Positions 19,525-32,555 of a DNA stretch of 64,000 nt are shown here, piece by piece. The position numbers and the translations under genes were made by a program. The notes below the pieces were generated by a model. The model worked only from the letters and a program-made list of their open reading frames with translations, was not told the DNA's origin and did no database searches. The stretch comes from the human T2T-CHM13v2.0 reference genome, Homo sapiens: the NCBI RefSeq assembly GCF_009914755.1, contig NC_060925.1; one strand, written 5' to 3'. Each line of letters starts with the position of its first letter. Within the stretch, counting starts at the first letter, position 1.

Positions 19525-20332
19525 ATATAGGTTTTTGCTCTGTCACCCAGGCTGGAGTACAGTGGCATGATCAAGGGCTCAGTGCATCCTCCGCCTCCTG
19601 GGCTCAAACAATCCTTCCACCTCACCCTCCAGAGTATCTGGGACTACAGGCACATGCCACCATAACCAGCTACTTTTGTATTTTTTATAGAGATGAGGTT
19701 TTTCCATGTTGCCCAGGCTGGTCTCGAACTCCGGGGCTCAAGTGATCCACTGCCTTGGCCTCCCAAAGTGCTGGGATTACAAACCTGAGCCACCGCGCCT
19801 GGCCACTTGTCTGTGGGTGCTTTCTTCCCCAACCACCTCATCTACTCTCACAACTTCAATTACAGCAACAGGGCAAGACCCCCAACATTTCCCCAGCAGC
19901 CTAAAGCTCTCTCTGTTCTTTGGACTTGCATGTTCAGCTGTCTCCTGCCATGGCTACCCTTCCACTCTGCATGTTCCACACTGAACTCCTGCTGCAATAT
20001 TCCTTCCTCCCCAAGACATCGCCCCTGTGCTCACGTAGAAACCTGGAAGTTTGCCTCCCAGCTTGCCACCCAAATACTTCTCAAATCTCTGTACTTCTCT
20101 TCACCCATATTGTTGCCTCCAAACTGCACCATGCTGGAATCTCACCTGTCCTAGCTCAGTGGCCTTGAAACTCACCTGAAATCCCCCAGTGCTGCCCTCT
20201 CCCCAGCATCCCACCATCTTCTCCCTTTTTCCCCACTGTCCCTCCCCCCTGCACCCCACTATCCTCCTATACCCCATTTTTCTCTCCTCTGCACCCCACT
20301 GCAGCGGGGCCACCTTTAAAAATACAAACCTT

Positions 20333-21025
<693 letters not shown>

Positions 21026-21262
21026 CTACACGGGTCCTCCTTAAGTCCTGCCACCCATGGACAGCCCTGCCTCCTCCCTTTCCTGTGCTGCCTTTTCTTC
21101 ATCTTCCACATCTGCCTTTCAAAGTTACTTCTCCTGGAAGGCTTCTCTGACGCTACAGACTAAGGGAAAATTCCGTGATACATTTTCTATGTATTCCTAA
21201 ACCGTAGCCCTTATCACAGGGGTAATTTAAAAATCACTTATTAGTGTTCATTACTTTATGCC

Positions 21263-21667
21263 TGAAAGGTTCTCCCCGGGGCCTGAAAGCTTAAGGGGAT
21301 GAATAACTCCTCCCTCCTCAGGCCCAGTCCGGAGGCACAAGCCCACTTGAGCCAGCAGCGCGCCTCAGCAAGACAGCAGAAGCAGGAAGAGAGCCGGCCG
21401 GAAGACACTTACCCTGGCCGGAAGACATGTACCCCTGAGGATCGCGAGAGGCCATCCGGTTGCTGCGTAGCAGTCCCGTCAGACTGGAACACTTCCTGTT
21501 TACAGGACACTGTAAAACCCCTGCTCAGCACTCATTTGGTGCTGACGCCATTTTATGTCTCATACCGTCTGCACCCAGGCGCCCAATAAAACAGCATGTT
21601 GCTCCACACCACCTTGTGTTGTTTGTTGGCGCGCTCCCGGGGTTCAAACAGATACAAGAACCTTTAA
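21263..21667 (+). mobile_element. 5' LTR (MER48-like)
   Basis: Starts TGAAAGG; AATAAA at about 21585; followed by the PBS; homologous to 25502-25982. Confidence 0.9.
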
Positions 21668-21669
21668 TC

Positions 21670-21687
21670 TGGTGCCGAAACCCAGGA
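21670..21687 (+). promoter_or_regulatory. Primer binding site complementary to tRNA-Phe 3' end
   Basis: TGGTGCCGAAACCCAGGA is a 17/18 match to TGGTGCCGAAACCCGGGA, 2 nt after the 5' LTR. Confidence 0.9.
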
Positions 21688-22087
21688 GGGGCTCAGGTCT
21701 GTGTCCCCTGTGGGCCTACCCCTGCACCCCGGAGAGTAGGCCACAGCAGCCGGACAAAGGAAGCTCCTCAGTCTCCAATCGCCTCTCTGTGCATGCACAT
21801 CAGTCACTGATCTTGCCTACCTGTAAGTTTCCCTGGAGCCCCATTAACAGGGAAAAATCCACACAGCTTCTCTTGGTTTCTCTGGCCCGAAAATCCAACG
21901 TTGGTCCAAGAAGGCTCTGGCGTGTGCCAGGCACTCGCTGATCATCTGGTCTTAGGGGGTCGCCTCTAAGCCATTTGATCCCGTTCCAGGAACGAAAAAG
22001 GCAGCGGTGATGACTGCTTCTTTTATCGTCTCCCTCCAGCCATGCAGGACGGTCTCCTTTTCCCTGTTCTCCTGAGCCTACCCTCTT

Positions 22088-23829
22088 ATGGGAAATTCTC
22101 AGTCTTCCTTTCCAAAGGACAGCCCGCTAGGCTACCTCATAAAAACCTGCAAACCTCAGGCCTCAGGCAAGATATCCGCCCTAAGCGCCTTGTCTTTTTT
22201 TCAATTCAGTCTGGCCACAGTACCAACTAGATAACGGGTCCAAATGGCCCGCAAATGGAACATTCGACTTTACAGTTTTACCTGACTTAAGCAATTATTT
22301 CCGACGACTGGAGAAATGGGGAGAGATTCCTTATGTCCTTCTGTCCAGGCCTTTTTGCACTCAGATCACAGCCCGACCTCTGCTGTTCTTGCTTACCTGT
22401 TTCTCCTCCATTCTTCCACCTTGATCGCGTTTCTCCTCCCAACCCTACCTCTTCTTCCTCGTTTGATCCAGCAGACTGCTGCCCACCCCTCCCAGCCCCT
22501 TCCTCTCCCTCTCAAATGTCTTTTTTAAACCCCCAAGCCTCCTCTTTATCTTCTCAGCCGCCACCTTCCCAGTCAGCAGTATCCACTTCTCTTCCGACAC
22601 CGTCCCCTCCTCAGGACAATTCTAGTATTGCCTGTCCCCATTCTCCTTCATCACCGCCCTCTCTCCTGAGGCCCGTAAACCCATCCCGCCACCTTACACC
22701 CCTATCTATCCTCCGCCGCCTATTAACTCAACCCCTCTTCCCCCTTCAAACCCTCAGCAGGAACCACTTCCGGCTTTTCCTTCTCTCCCGCCCATACTCG
22801 CTCGGGCGCCATCTTCAGCCCATGCCCCACCTTTACTTCAGCGCCCCCTTCGGGAAGTAGCAGGAACTGAAGGTATTGTTAGAGTTCATGTTCCATTCTC
22901 CCTCACTGATCTCTCTCAAATTAACAAAAGACTTGATTCACTTCCAGAAGACCCTACCTCTTATATATGAGTTTCATACCTCACCCAGTCTTATGAACTA
23001 ACCTGGCATGACCTCTACATTATCCTGTCTTCCACCCTCACCCCAGAAGACTGAGACCGTATCTGGACCCTAACTCAGGCACATGCTGATACAATTCATC
23101 ACCAGGCTCCTGCGCAGCCTACTGGTGCAGAGGCAGTCCCCAAACAGGACCCCCTCTAGAATTATCAAGACGGGGCTTCTGGACGCCGCCATCGAGACCA
23201 CATGATTGTGTGTCTCCTTGCAGGACTCAAAAAGGGTGCCCATAAAGCAGTCAACTATGAAAAACTTTCAGAAATCACCCAAGGTCCCGACGAAAACCCA
23301 GCCCTTTTTCTCTGTCGTTTAACTGAAGCCATGAGAAAGTATACCAACCTAGACCCAGCCAGCCCAGAAGGAACCACTATTTTAAACCTTCGATTCATCT
23401 CCCAATCCACCCCGATACCTGGCACAAGCTTCATAAGGTTGACAACGGCCCTCAAACCCCACAACTAGACTTTCTTAATTTAGCCTTCAAAGTCTTTAAC
23501 AGTCATGATAAGGAAAGTAAAAGGCAAAAACAGGGAGAGTTTCAAATGCTTGCCTTTGCCATCAGGGGCCCTGCAGGCTCACGGGGCTGTGGCTCCACAC
23601 GGAAGCCTCCTGGTAATCCACCTCCACCTGGCACCTGTTTCAAGTGTGGCAATGTAGGCCACTGGTCCAGACAATGCCCAAACCCGGCTAAGCCCACCAG
23701 GCTGTGCCCCCTCTGCAGAAAACCCCACTGGAAGTTGGACTGTAAGCGGCCCCTGTAAGGACCGCCCCCATCCCTTCCTGAGCCAGCCAAAAACCTCCTA
23801 CTCTCATTGGCCTTGCTGCTGAAGACTGA
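22088..23829 (+). pseudogene. Disrupted gammaretroviral-type gag
   Basis: ATG start MGNSQSSFPKDSPLG; MA WPQYQLDNGSKWP; CA VRVHVPFSL; MHR ITQGPDENPALFL; zinc knuckles [14 protein letters not shown] and [13 protein letters not shown]; several stops and frameshifts. Confidence 0.88.
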
Positions 23830-24711
23830 CGGTGCCCTGGAATGGATGCCCCAGCAACTACCATCGCTTCATCCGAGCCAAGGGTAACCCTGATGGTGGC
23901 AGGTAGGCCAGTATGTTTTTTAATTAATACCGGGCAACCTACTCTGCTTTACCTAATTTTTCAGGACCGACCCAGTCCTCCCAAGTCTCTGTTGTGGGAA
24001 TTGATGGACAAGTCTCCAAACCCTGAGCCACCCTCCGCTCTTCTGCTCCCTTCACGCCTTTTCCCTCACTCACTCTTAGTCCTGCCCTCATGCCCAACTC
24101 CGCTTCTAGGCAGAGACATCCTTTCAAAACTCTACACTACTCTCCACTTCCACATTCCCCATGGCAGCCAACGCATCTGCCCAGACCCCTCCGGTACTTC
24201 TAGCTTTCTTCTACTCGTCCAACTTCCCACCCTAAAACATGCAACCTTTCCTTTTCCCCCATCCGTAGTTAACCCGGCTGTCTGGGATACTTCCACACCC
24301 TCAGTCGCAAAACACCACAGCCCCGTCCGCATTACCCTTAAAGAGCCCGCCCAGTTCCTGTCACAGAAGCAGTATCCCATCCCCCAAGCAGCTCTTATAG
24401 GCCTAAAGCCTATCGTTTCTCTCCTTCTCGTCAGTCACCTACTCTGCCCAACAGACTCCCCTTTTAACATATAGATTCTACCTGTTAAAAAACCAGATGG
24501 AACTTATCGCTTAGTCCAGGCCCTCAGGCTCATTAACCAAGCTGTACTCCCAGTATGCCCAGTATCTCCTCACCCATACACTTTACTTTCCACAATTCCC
24601 TCCAACACCACCCATTTTTCTGTTCTAAACCTAAAGGATGCTTTTTTCACAATTCCTTTACACCCTGATTCCCAAAACCTCTTTGCCTTTACGTGGGAAA
24701 ACCCCGACACC
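23830..24711 (+). pseudogene. Disrupted pro and N-terminal RT
   Basis: EPRVTLMVAGRPVCFLINTG (catalytic DTG changed to NTG), PLLGRDIL, QYPIP, LPVKKPDGTYRLVQ, LKDAFFTIPLHP, FAFTWENPDT; truncated before the YxDD motif. Confidence 0.88.
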
Positions 24712-25444
24712 CTTGGAGTCCCTGCGTATGATAACCAGAGAAAAACAGTCCTTAAAGGCAGGAGGAAGCCAAAGACCGTGAGAGGACGAGTGGCCTCCGC
24801 AACGGATCATCGAATATTACGGTCCTGCCACCTGGGCTGAGGATGGTTCACGGGGTTATCGCACTCCCACATATATGCTAAACAGAATAATTAGACTACA
24901 GGCTGCTCTAGAGATAATCACTAACCAAACCGCCCCAGCGCTGGAAATGCTCGCGTGACAACAAAACCAAACGCACCCAGCAATTTATCAAAACAGGCTG
25001 GCTCTAGACTACTTATTAGCAGAAGAGGGTGCGGTCTGTGGTAAGTTTAACATCTCCAATTGCTGTCTTAACATAGACGGTAACGGAAAAGCGGTTCTAG
25101 AAATCGCTTCAAACATCAGAAAAGTAGCCCGTGTACCAGTCCAAACCTGGAAGGGATGGGACCCAACAAACCTTCTAGGAGGGTGGTTCTCTAATTTAGG
25201 GGGATTTAAAACGCTGGTAGGGACAGTAATCTTCCTCATTGGGGTCCTCCTGTTTCTCCCCTGTGGTATCCCACTGATAATAAAAGCCATTAAAACTCTT
25301 GTTGAAACTACAGTTAACCGCCAGACAATCCAGACGATGCTCCTGCTACAACGACACGATGGATACCAACCCGTCTCTCAAGAATACGCCAAAATTTTTT
25401 CTTTTTTTCCGAGGTGCCCACGCCACCCCCTATGTCACACCTGA
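24712..25444 (+). pseudogene. env remnant (end of SU plus TM)
   Basis: [19 protein letters not shown]; immunosuppressive domain [18 protein letters not shown]; [10 protein letters not shown]; hydrophobic [25 protein letters not shown]; in-frame stops at 24779 and 24956. Confidence 0.9.
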
Positions 25445-25501
25445 AGTAGTTATGGAGAAAGTCGCCCCTTTTCCCTTTTTCTATAACCAAATAGACAGGA
25501 A

Positions 25502-25982
25502 TGAAAGATTCTCCCCGGGGCCGAAAGCTTGGGGGGATGAATAACTCCTCCCTCCTCAGACCCAGTCGCAAGGCGCAAGGCCGCTTGCACCAGCAGCGCG
25601 CGTCAGCGAGAAGCAGAAGCAGGAAGAGGGCCGGCCGGAAGACACGCACCCCGGCCGGAAGACACCTACCCCGGCCGGAAGACACGCACCCCGGCCGGAA
25701 GACACCTACCCCGGCCGGAAGACACGCACCCCGGCCGGAAGACACGCACCTGAGGATGGAGAGAGGCCGTCTGGCTACTACGTGGCAGTCACGTCAGACT
25801 GGGACACTTCCTGTTTGCAGAGAACTATAAAATCCCTGCCCTGTCCTCACTTGGTGCTGACACCATTTTAGGCCTCAGCCCGCCGGCACCCAGGTGCTCA
25901 TTAAAACAGCATGTTGCTCCACACCGCCTTGTGTTGTCCGTTGGCGCGCTCTTGGGGTTTGAACCAATACAAAAACCTTTCA
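25502..25982 (+). mobile_element. 3' LTR (MER48-like) with internal tandem-repeat expansion
   Basis: TG...CA ends; purine-rich PPT-like tract just upstream; TATAAAA at 25826-32; ATTAAA at about 25900. Confidence 0.9.
25631..25750. repeat. 20-bp tandem repeat x6, CCGGCCGGAAGACAC(GC/CT)ACC
   Basis: Read directly; unit order A-B-A-B-A-A. Confidence 0.97.
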
Positions 25983-27737
25983 ATGCCTTTAATTACCGTT
26001 AGTATATAGCAGCTCCACGCACTATGAAATGCCCAGAGTCTGGACAGGCTGCCGGAATTGAAATCTTGGATCTGCTGCGTGTCCCTCAGCAACTTCTATC
26101 ACTGTATGGCCCATCTGTAAAATGGGCATGATGATTGTGCCTCCTTTGCAGGGTGATCATGAAGATTCAGTGAGCTGCTATGTGCCAAGCTCTTCCAAGA
26201 GGGCCTGGTGTTTCAGCAGGTGCCATGGGAGGTAAATGGTGAATAACGCAAGTCTCTTCTTCCCAGTCATAGGAAGGCTCCTGAGTCTTGTTCTGCTGGC
26301 CTGATCATCATCTACCACAGGGAGGGCAGGTTGAGGTACAGATAAAATCTTGAAGAAAAAGCGTCCCTCGCCACTCCCAGCCCTCACCCCTCCATCACCC
26401 CAGCTCAGGTTAAGGGCTTGCAGGCACAGCTGCACCTCTGCCCAGGCAGCCCCAGGGCGGTGCCCTGGAGCCACTTCTACAGACTCCTAGGAAATTGCTC
26501 AGAGCCACGCAGCAGTGTTGAGACTGGAATCCGGGCAGGGCCCACCGCTTCGTCTCCCTAGAGAGCACTTGCAGACCTCTCTGGAAAACAGGCAGATTGG
26601 AGATTGGAGTTGGGAGAACTGAATACCCCCAAGTTAGTGGCGCACAAATGATGTTTCCATGACTTATGCCGGAAAGTCAATACAGTTACCAAGACAACTA
26701 TGGACTAGGACGCACCACCATACTCAGACCTGGACCCTGCCTGAGCCTCTGCTGCAGCACGGTTGGATTAAACCCATCCCAAAAGTGATGCTTTGGGATT
26801 GCAAAAATAGCTGCCCCTCTGAGGAGACAGGAGGGAGCTGTGAGGGTCACAGGACAGCAGAGCCACGGTGTCCTGGATTTTCCTAAGCCCCTTTCCGATG
26901 GGGCTGGTGGCTGCGGTGGCTCTGACTGGGCAAAGGAGAGGGCATGGGTGGCGAGTGGCTCCTAGGCATTTCCAGGCAAGGGAAGCCCTCCTCTCCCAAA
27001 GGCCCTTCTCCCCGACCCCATTTCAAAACAGACCAGGGTCTTCCTTTCAAAACCTTTGTTTTCTTCTCTGGGTGTGTCTTCACTTCACTGTTACTGTCAG
27101 GCCTGAGGCTCAGCAGACGTCCTATCTTCAGCCACGCCCTAAGACTGAGCACAGCCTGGGGAAAGACCACCCTCTAGAGCAGCGCTCCAGGCTCCACCTG
27201 GAGCTGAGGGAGAGGCGCCCAGGCCGGGGAGGGAAACTGCCCGGCTTCAGCCATGCCTCTGTCATAAACTTCTTCCCATCCAGCCATAAGATGCAGAAAA
27301 GTAATTTGCTTCTTCTTGCTTCTTAAAACCCAGCTCAGAAAAATTTCACCCACCTCCATCCTGCCAAAAACAATGACAAAACCACTCACTCATTCAGTAT
27401 TCTCAGACTGTCCCATCCGCTCAGAAACGCGACTGCATCTATGAGGCTTACTCCTCCTCCAGCTTGAAGCCACTGTGAGGACTGTGGTGAGCAGCGTGGC
27501 TTCACCGCCGCCCTGCTGAGGCAGTCTGAGGGCAAGGCACTTACAGTCCCTGCCTCCGCGTCCTCACCTGCCTTGGCGACCACGGGATCAGCCCCAGAAC
27601 TGAATGAGGTTGCAGGAAACTTGGTTCAGCCCAAACTCTGTAACCTTAGATAAAACATTTAACTAAGTTGTCCCCCCTGGCCAAAGGAGGGCTCTGGACA
27701 ACTTACTGTGTCTCTTTCAGCTTTAACACTCTAGATT

Positions 27738-28739
27738 CTTTTTTGTTGTTTTTTGTTTTTAGACAGGGTCTTACTGTCACACAGGCTGGAGTGCAGTGGC
27801 ATGATCAAGCTTCACTGCAGCCTCGACCTCCCAGGCTCAGGTGAACCGCCTGCCTAAGCCTCCTGAGGAGCTGGGACCACAGGTGCACACCACCACACCT
27901 GGTTAATTTTTGTATTTTGTTGTGGAGACAGGTTTTTGCCATGTTGCCCAGGCTGGTCTCAAATTCCTGTGCTCAAGCAATTAGCCTGCCTGAGCCTCCC
28001 AAAGTGCTGGGATTACAGGCATGAGCCACCACACCCAGTACCACTCTAGATTCTTGACTAAATGTGAGTAGCTGAGTTTCAAAATGCATTTTAAAACTTA
28101 TTTCTTTCCTCCTTTCTTTCCAGTCTCAAGATACAACCTTGAAACAGACTGCAAAAACCTTTTTGTCCTTAGTCTTAAAATACAGCCTTGAGATGTACTT
28201 TGAAACTGCAGTCCCTTCCCTTTTCCACTGCACACTTCCTTACCCCAAGCACCTTTATCTAACCATATGCTTGTTAGGAAATTCCAGGGCTTGATTAGAA
28301 ACACAGCAGGCATGCAGGTCCAGCTGTGAAATGCTCCCCCACTTACAGACTGCCTGAAGATGGAGCATCTACAGCCCGACTGTAACCAGCAGAAAAAGGC
28401 CCTGGCTGGTCGCTGCTTGTGGAAAGAAGTCAGAATAACATGTTGGCCAAGCGTCGTGGCTCACGCCTGTAATCTCAGCACTTTGGGAGGCTGAGGCAGG
28501 CGGGTCCCCTGAGGTTAGGAGTTCAAGACTAGCCTGGCCAACATGGCGAAACCCCATTTCTACTAAAAAATACAAAAATTAGCTGGGCATGGTGACACAT
28601 GCCTGTAATCCCAGCTACCAGGGAGGCTGAGGTATGAGAATTGCTTGAACCCAGGAGTTGGAGGCTATAGTGAGCCCAGATCATGCCACTGCACTCCAGC
28701 CTGGGGCACAGGGCAAGACTCTGTCTCAAAAATAAATAA

Positions 28740-28775
<36 letters not shown>

Positions 28776-29158
28776 GAAGTTATTACAGCCTGAGACTAGA
28801 CGGTTCAAGGAGGAAAGGAGAAAGGAAAAAAAAAGTTTTAAAACATGGTTTGAGGCTTAGCTGCCAAGCTGCTCAGTTACATGGCCATTGCCACTGTGAA
28901 GATGGTGCCAGCCTGCACTCCAGGTGGACCATAACTCAAGACAGGCATCAGAGCAAGACACAGCCCCTGCACCTGCACAACTCCAGCATGGCTTTCACAT
29001 CAGGCTTCCCTTTTTTCAGCCCCTGCCCTCAGCCCAAACTTTGGAAATGGCTTCTTTAAGGCCTTGGCATTTCCCATCTGCTAGCATTTCATTAGTAAAG
29101 CTGCTTTCCTTTGACCACACCTTGCTTCTTGTGAGCAGCTGAACTTGAGTTGGTTACA
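27738..29158. mobile_element. Alu (27738-28038, -) and LTR-like element (~28063-29158) interrupted by an Alu (28445-28775, +)
   Basis: Alu consensus; TG...ttaca ends of the LTR-like stretch; family unresolved. Confidence 0.6.
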
Positions 29159-29954
29159 TGAAGATAACTATTTCCTGAGGGAGAATCACTTTACTGTAGA
29201 AACCAGAACCTGGAGGGCAGCTTTAGTTTCCTGGAGTGGTAGAACACTATTGATTACCTAACTGGTTTTGAGATTTAAATCTTCCCTTAAAAGAACTGTA
29301 GTGGTTTGAATGGGGCCTCCATGAAGATCTTTTCCTGGGACCTGTGAATGTGACCGTATTTGGAAAGAGTGTTTGCAGGATATCTAGTTGATGCCAGAGA
29401 AAGAGTGTCTGCGGGATACCTAGTTGATACCACAGGCTGGTGTCTGAGCAGTGGCAGCTCTCCCCAGCACCTGAACATACTGGTTTCCAAGCACCTGCTT
29501 GGATGGGAGTTATGTTTCTTTTGGGAGGGCAGAAGTGATGGGGTGCAGCTCTATCCAACACATACCAAGCTCTCATTTTGCAGGAGCATGTTGTCTTAGA
29601 CCGCAAGCTGGATGATGTAAGCAGACACAGACAGAGGTCTCTGCCCTTGGTGAGTAACCGTGGAGAAAGTGCTGAGAAAGGAATGTATTGGATATCATCT
29701 GTCCTCTTCTTCTCAACTATAATGCAAGTCTGTACTGACCATCTTCGAGCCCCAACACTGCACACCTGGCCATTATTTAATCTAACTGGGATCCACTCGT
29801 CCAGTGCAATAAGGACAAACACCCGTCCTGAGGTTTGTGGCAGGAGAAAGGAAGGTGTTTATTTGCAGGATGCCAAGCAAGGAGAATAAGGCAGCTCACA
29901 CTTAATATCTGACCTCCACAGCGGCTTGCAAGAAAGGGTTTTTAAAGGCAGGGC

Positions 29955-30060
29955 GGCTGGTGCAAAGGTAATGAGTTATCACGATTGTTCAGTGAGTTAC
30001 ACATCAAACACCTTGTTCTGCTCTTCCCCTGACTCTCACTACTGCATCTGACTAGTCATT
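29955..30060 (+). pseudogene. Retroposed Y RNA (RNY1-like) pseudogene
   Basis: GGCTGGTGCAAAGGTAATGAGTTATC...CTCACTACTGCATCTGACTAGTC aligns to recalled hY1. A-rich tail 30061-30113; TSD AAAGGCAGGG at 29944-53 and 30114-23. Confidence 0.92.
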
Positions 30061-32549
30061 AAAAAAAGAAAAAAAAAAGAAAAGAAAAAGAAAAGAAAGG
30101 AGAAGAGAAAAATAAAGGCAGGGGTAAATTTTAGGAAAGCAGAAATTACAAGCAAAATTATAAATCAATACATTGAAATTACTCATCGGTTTAGCCTCAA
30201 AAGGACAGGATACCTTGAAGCGGAGGCTTACAGGTCATAGGTAGAATTCACAGATTTTCTGATTTGCAGTAGGTTATAGAAGAGAAGCTTTGTTTAAAAT
30301 TTGGGGTCAGCAGAAAAGAATGTTAGGTCTGGCTCTTGGGAACGACTTCCTCCAGTCCCAGGAGGAAATTTAAGACAATATCAGTTAGAGTTTAGTCCTT
30401 AGGCCCCCTTATCTGAGGTTTATGCGCCAGTGAATCCTTGCCCAGCAAGGAGCATGCCTTTGATACGCAAACTAACCCATTCGGACCCATACCTCCAGTA
30501 TCTGACATGACACCCCAGGAGGCAACATTCCTCTGTCTTACGCATCCCGGAGCCTGGTGCCAGGCAATTAGTAACCATCCCTGTAACCCAAAGCCCACAG
30601 AAATTATTCAAACTAACCAATCCTAAACTGTTCACCTTGCCCTGCTTTGACTCTCTCAAAGGAAACCCCAATAAAGACGGTGGCCCAAACCTTCTCCTTG
30701 CTCCTGTCTTCTGCTTCCTGCCACCTGGTGTCTTTCCCACGTGGCCCTGCCTGGCCTGCTGTGCCTCCTGTCTCTAGGACCTGTGAGTAGAATAAACTTC
30801 GTCTTTTCCTGAGACTCTCCTCTGTCTTCTCTTGTGGCTATGCCTGACTGATCATCACGTAAAAAGGTAGAAAATAGCAAGTATCCAACCTCTTCGTATT
30901 TTGACAAGGTGTAGCAAGACTAATATAATGGGGCAGGACAGACACAACCATAGTATTTTTTTTTTTAAAGCAGGTGATGGAGAAAGGGTGGTTCTCCTGC
31001 CATTTGGTTGTGTGATTAGAAGACAGCCCTTTGTCACACAGTTGTCGGCCTGCCTGTGATATTCCCGGCTATGGCCAAGATGTGTGAGGTAAGCCCCGGG
31101 TTCCTCCCACTTCCGTGTATTCCTGAGGACTCTGCTTTCCCACACTGAGTTTTGCATCTTCTCACAGGGAATTTCTATGGCTTCTCTGTACTTTGCTAAT
31201 TATATGCACATTAATCATGGTGACCTGGTTATAGGCTATGGTTTCAAGAGAAGATAAAGTTCCCAATTGGTATCTGATGGGCAAAACAGGTACAGATGGA
31301 CCCCCTGGGCTTTGCCCCTGATGAGCTCATGATCACTACTAACCACCCCCCAGATGCTGGGCCACTGGCACTCTATCAGCTGCCCTATACATGGGTCTGG
31401 GCTGCTAGAGGTACCTGGTCTTCCAGTGGTCCCTTCAACAGTCCCTTTCCTGTGGCCAGTCTGCCCTAAGCAAGTTTTCTAACCTCTAGCCTTGTTGCAT
31501 GGACTAGTAGTGGGCACTGACCGTCACTTTCAAGACCAAACAGTATCAGTGTTTGTTGCTAATACTAAGTGTGTCTGGAGGCTGGGTGTGGTGGCTCAGA
31601 CTTATAATCCCAGCACTTTGGGAGGCCATGGTGGGAGAAGCTCAGGAGTCTGAGACCAGCATGGGCAAAATAGTGAGAGCCCGTCTTTAGGGGGGTGAAA
31701 AAAAAGTGGGCTTATTTGATGGAATTGCTGAAGTGCTATAATCATCGCTGAATCGTCTACGTAACTCTGCAAGCAGAATTACTTCTATCTGATCCAAACT
31801 CTGCTTTTGGCAGAGGAAGGGAAACCATCTCACAGGAGAAGAGTGACTTGGACAAGATCTCCACAGGCTTCAAAGCTGGCCTTCTCTTTCCTTTGTGCCA
31901 CAGTATGATTTAGGACTGATAGGGACCCTCCCACCAATGGCCTCATCTTTTTTTATTTGTTTCTTCTTCTAGCTGAGGCAAGAGTTGGGGAGATAGAGAA
32001 AAGAGAAAAACGACTAAGGTTGGCTTAAAGCTGTGGTGTGACCAGGAGTACAATCTACTCCCAGCGTATGAAACAGTTATTTCTTCTTCTTTCTTTTGGG
32101 GAGGGGCCAGATCAGGTGACCAGAACTATCTAAAGCCTGCAGGTCTTAGAAAACATGTTTTGGCTGTGCTTCACATTTTACTTTTTGTTTTTTGAGATGA
32201 AGTCTTGCTCTGTCACCCAGGCTGGAGTGCAGTGGCGCTCCACCGTTCATAGCAACCTCCACCGTTCACAGCAACCTCTGTCTCCTGGGTTCAAGGGATC
32301 TTCCCCCACCTCAGCCCCCAAAATAGCTACAGGCATGTGCCACCATGGCAGGCTAATTGTTCTATTTTTTTCTTAGAGATGGGGTCTCACTATATTGCTC
32401 AGGCTGGTCTCAAACTCCTGACCTCAAGCAATCCTTCTGCCTCGGCCTCCCAAAGTGCTGGGATTACAGGAATGAGCCGCCACGCCCAGCCACATTTTAC
32501 TTTTTAAATGAAAATGAAAAGCCTAACAGGAATATTGACTCAGCAAGTT

Positions 32550-32555
32550 TTTATT
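32550..32555 (-). terminator. Distal AATAAA polyadenylation signal (candidate)
   Basis: tttatt on the plus strand; U-rich tract (ttttcattttcattt on minus) about 35-50 nt downstream. Confidence 0.6.

Larger units (their letters stand above)
21263..25982 (+). mobile_element. Internally deleted class I provirus, tRNA-Phe primed (HERV-F group; MER48/HERVH48-like)
   Basis: Two homologous LTRs; 5-bp TSD ATGCC (21258-62 and 25983-87); PBS; gag-pro-partial RT joined to env TM. Confidence 0.92.

Noticed and set aside
23202-25444. Possible domesticated gag, pol or env gene
   Set aside because: Multiple stops and frameshifts, protease DTG changed to NTG, no RT active site, env lacking signal peptide and most of SU.
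25631-25750. CRISPR-like regular repeats
   Set aside because: Head-to-tail units with no unique spacers, no cas genes, and human DNA.
26200-27600. GC-richer unique region as a possible promoter, enhancer or CTCF site
   Set aside because: Only weak motif resemblance; cannot be supported without chromatin data.
29247-29822. 191-aa minus-strand ORF
   Set aside because: Non-ATG start, overlaps LTR fragments and a tandem duplication, no domain.
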